Part shown: positions 60,980 through 64,000 of the stretch, piece after piece
How positions within the stretch are numbered: position 1 is the stretch's first letter
Layout: each line of letters begins with the position of its first letter
Assembly (NCBI GenBank): GCA_030390025.1
Contig: CM059432.1
Coordinates: 28,460,001 to 28,524,000 of the forward strand
Length of the DNA: 64,000 bases
Direction: 5' to 3'
DNA from: Squalus acanthias
Lineage: Eukaryota
The notes under the pieces: generated by a model
What the model saw: the letters and a program-made list of their open reading frames with translations, nothing else
Databases searched by the model: none
Told to the model about the DNA's origin: nothing
Position numbers and translations under genes: made by a program

Positions 60980-62599
60980 AAGTTGTTGTTGTTGCGACAG
61001 TGCAGTACTGGAGTGTCAACCTAGATTTTGTGCTCAAATCCCTGGAGTGGGACTTGAACCTACAACCTTTTAACATTGCTTCTGAGCATTATAATACAGT
61101 TGCTATCAGAATTCTAAATTTTCTTGATCAGATTGATCAAAACAGAGCCCACATTTTTGAACGTTTAATGTAATGCAAATGTTATTTATCTGTATTTCTC
61201 GCAGTGTTTGATACTGTAATCGAAAAAACTAGGGAAATCCTTGAAATAGCCTCTTGGGGTGATTGCTTTCTGAATTACTTCTGAAGTTTCTCTCACGTCA
61301 ATCATTGGTAAAGTACAGTACTCTTAAAATTCACAGCTCCCAGCCATAGCCTTGTAATACAGTGTCAGAGTTACAAAAGAACTTATTTTCCTAATAATCT
61401 TTGTTTTTATGCCAATATTTATTCCTGTTTATACTTTTAGTAAGTTCCTGCCAGATATAAACTAATAAATTAGGTTGAAAATCCTACAGAAATCTACAAG
61501 CCAAAGTGAAATAACTATTCATTGGCCGCGCCACTCCTGATCTGTCGTTAAGTTCACTGCGGCACATTCTAATAATTTTTTTCAGCAAATTGTGGCGTAA
61601 GTTTGCCATTGAAGGATCGGGAAGCACAACGGTCTAACTTATGGCGTTCGGCGCCAATATCACCATTGCAGCAAATTCCAGGCCAACGATTACGCAAAAG
61701 GTAAAGAAAAGTAACTATTTTGCAGCACAGAAGGCGGCCATTCAGCCCATTGTGTCTGTAGTGACTATTTGCAAAAGCAATCTAAAACTAACTGCCATGT
61801 TCATGATATTAAAAGCAGCATCTCAAGTGGATAGGGTCATTAAAAAAAGCTGGGTTTTATGGTAAGAAGTATAGAATATAAAAATTGAGATGTAATGAAA
61901 ATCTATATAAAATCTTAGTAAGACCACAGTTGGAGTACTGTGTGCAGCTTTGAGCTCCACACTGTAGGAAGATTGTTCAGGCAATAGAGAGGGTACAGCA
62001 CAGATTCTTGAAGATGCCCCCATAGCCCAGTATCATCCGCTGCTTCCAATAGAAAGAAAAGGCAAGTGGACCCTTAAATCCCGTTAAGCAAGACAGGAAA
62101 TGGTAAACGCGGAGAGAGAAATCAAGAATGTACGAGACACAGCCAGAGCAAGAGCACTGGGCAGAGAGAGAGCGCGAAACACTGACAAAGAGTGAAACCA
62201 AACAACTGCACACATCAGACATACACAAAGAACGAACAAACTTAGGAACACCAGTTGCAGAGCGTCACAAGGCAGAGGAGAGCAAATACAATCACACCAA
62301 TAATTCCTGTGCCCTCTGAACTGCTGTTAAGGTGGTCACCATACTCACCAGTACCTCTATCTTCATTTCCTATTGAACATTTTTTTTTCCATCATACATC
62401 AATGCAGCAGCGAGAGTTGGTTACATCGAAAGACATCCCTACAAAAGAACATTTTTACAAATTAACAAGTTTAATTACTGTAGGACGTCATTCCATAATT
62501 ATTACAATCAAATGTGGAAGAACCAGCAATTTACAAATATTTGTACTTTCCACTGACAGTAACAACTTGCAGCAGTGTAACAATTTTAATTTAATGTAC

Positions 62600-63800
62600 C
62601 TGAACCGTGCACACCCTATTTCTTTGTCTGTGTCCCTTCATTCTGGACCCCTCAATCACTGGAAACAGTCTGTTGCCATTTACTCTGTCCCATCCCTTAA
62701 TGATTTTAAACACCTCGACCAAATCACCCCTTAATCTCCTCTGTTCTAACAAAAACAGCCCCAATTTTACAACTCTTTATTTGTATTTGCTCATACCAGG
62801 CAGCATCTTCAAGAATCTGTGCTGTACCCTCTCTATTGCCTTAACAATCTTCCTACAGTGTGGAGCGCAAAGCTGCTCACAGTACTCCAACTGTGGTCTT
62901 ACTAAGATTTTATACAGATTTGTCATTACATCTCAATTTTTATATTCTATTCTTTTTAACCATAAAACCCAGCTTTTTTTTAAATGACCGTATCCACTCG
63001 AGATTAAATATTGGGAAGACCGAAGCCATCGTTTTCGGTCCTGCACAAACTCCGTTCCCCAGCCACTGACTCCATCCCTCTCCCCAACATCTGTCTGAGG
63101 CTGAACCACAGTTCGCAACCTTGGCGTCATATTTGACCCCGAAATGAGCTTCCGACCACATATCTGCAGCATAACAAAGACCGCCTACTTCCATCTCCGT
63201 AACATCGCCCGTCTCTGCCCTTGCCTCAGCTCATCCGCTGCTAAAACCCTCATCCATGCCTTTGTTACCTCTAGACTTGACTATTCCAACGCAATCCTGG
63301 CTGACCTCTCACATTCCACCCTACGTAAACTTGAGGTCATCCAAAACTCAGCTGCCCGTGTCCTAACTCACACAAAGTCCCATTCACCCATCACCCCTGT
63401 GCTCGCTGACCTACATTGGCTCCTGGTTAAGCAGCGGCTCGATTTCAAAATTCTCATCCTTGTTTTCAAATCCCTTCATGGCCTCGCCCCTTCCCATCGC
63501 TGTAATCTCCTTCAGCCCCACAACCACCCCCCCGCTGAGATATCTGCGCTCCTCTAATTCTGCCCTCTTGAGCATCCCTGATTATAATTGCTCGTCTTGG
63601 GACGTTTTACTACGTTAAAGGCACTATATAAATACAAGTTGTTGTTGTTGAGATGCTGCTTTTAAAATCATGAACTTGAACCCCAAATCCCTCTGCTCTG
63701 TCACATCACCCAGTTTTCCCCCCAAAGTACAATTATTATTTTATTTCGAAACAAAATGTACCACCCACATTTATCGACATTAATTGTTTAAATGTGGACA
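62600..63800 (-). mobile_element. decayed CR1 fragment, interrupted by an L2
   Basis: rc ttaaggggtgatttggtcgaggtgtttaaaatc (LRGDLVEVFKI); resumes at 63650. Confidence 0.8.
63005..63649 (+). mobile_element. 5'-truncated L2 LINE
   Basis: gagat direct repeat at 63000-63004 and 63650-63654; [13 protein letters not shown] and LADLHWL motifs; (gtt)n tail. Confidence 0.92.
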
Positions 63801-64000
63801 TTGAGCTCAATTGCAATGTTGCCACGGTTCAGTAGCTTGACAACAGTCACTACCCTGACTTGTACACGAAGAATGATCAGTTGAAGTACTAAAGGGCAGC
63901 TGGAAACCGTAGAAATATATTGTAGCACAAACCACTGCCTTCAGGAGAAGAAGAAAATGATGAGGGGCAGTGGCATGGTTAAGAGAGCATCACACAGCAG

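Noticed and set aside
62340..62360. Consensus donor (G|GTGAGTAT on the minus strand) as the end of PHF20L1 non-coding exon 1
   Set aside because: No CpG island or promoter signature next to it; a lone donor motif is insufficient
17999..63557. Numerous 60-230 aa ORFs with reverse-transcriptase motifs
   Set aside because: All are frameshifted fragments of CR1 or L2 LINEs; there is no intact ORF2 and they are not host genes

Overview
Vertebrate genomic DNA, very likely from an elasmobranch (shark or ray), judging by the Deu-domain SINEs, HE1-like V-SINE and dense CR1/L2/Penelope repeats. One protein-coding gene crosses most of the window on the minus strand: PHF20L1 (PHD finger protein 20-like 1). 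I traced nine phase-consistent GT-AG coding exons from the ATG at 50363 down to 3330 (1312 nt, about 437 codons). They encode the N-terminal tandem Tudor domains, the poly-Ala/basic region and part of the disordered middle. The PHD finger and C-terminus must lie left of the window, and the first non-coding exon and promoter were not found. The introns are packed with decayed and often nested CR1 and L2 LINEs, tRNA-derived SINEs and hAT, Harbinger and Tigger-type MITEs. There is also a dead two-gene PIF/Harbinger transposon, an 824-bp solo LTR with a perfect 5-bp TSD, and short Penelope-derived insertions carrying a minimal hammerhead ribozyme motif. The most interesting non-repeat signals are a cluster of candidate cassette/poison/micro-exons at 35.6-36.3 kb and a transposon-free 1-4.2 kb stretch containing a long hairpin. 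Repeat boundaries are by eye and approximate unless a TSD or TIR is cited. Comparisons to human PHF20L1 are recalled from memory, not searched. I see no clear evidence of a wholly new biological system; the best leads are listed as findings.
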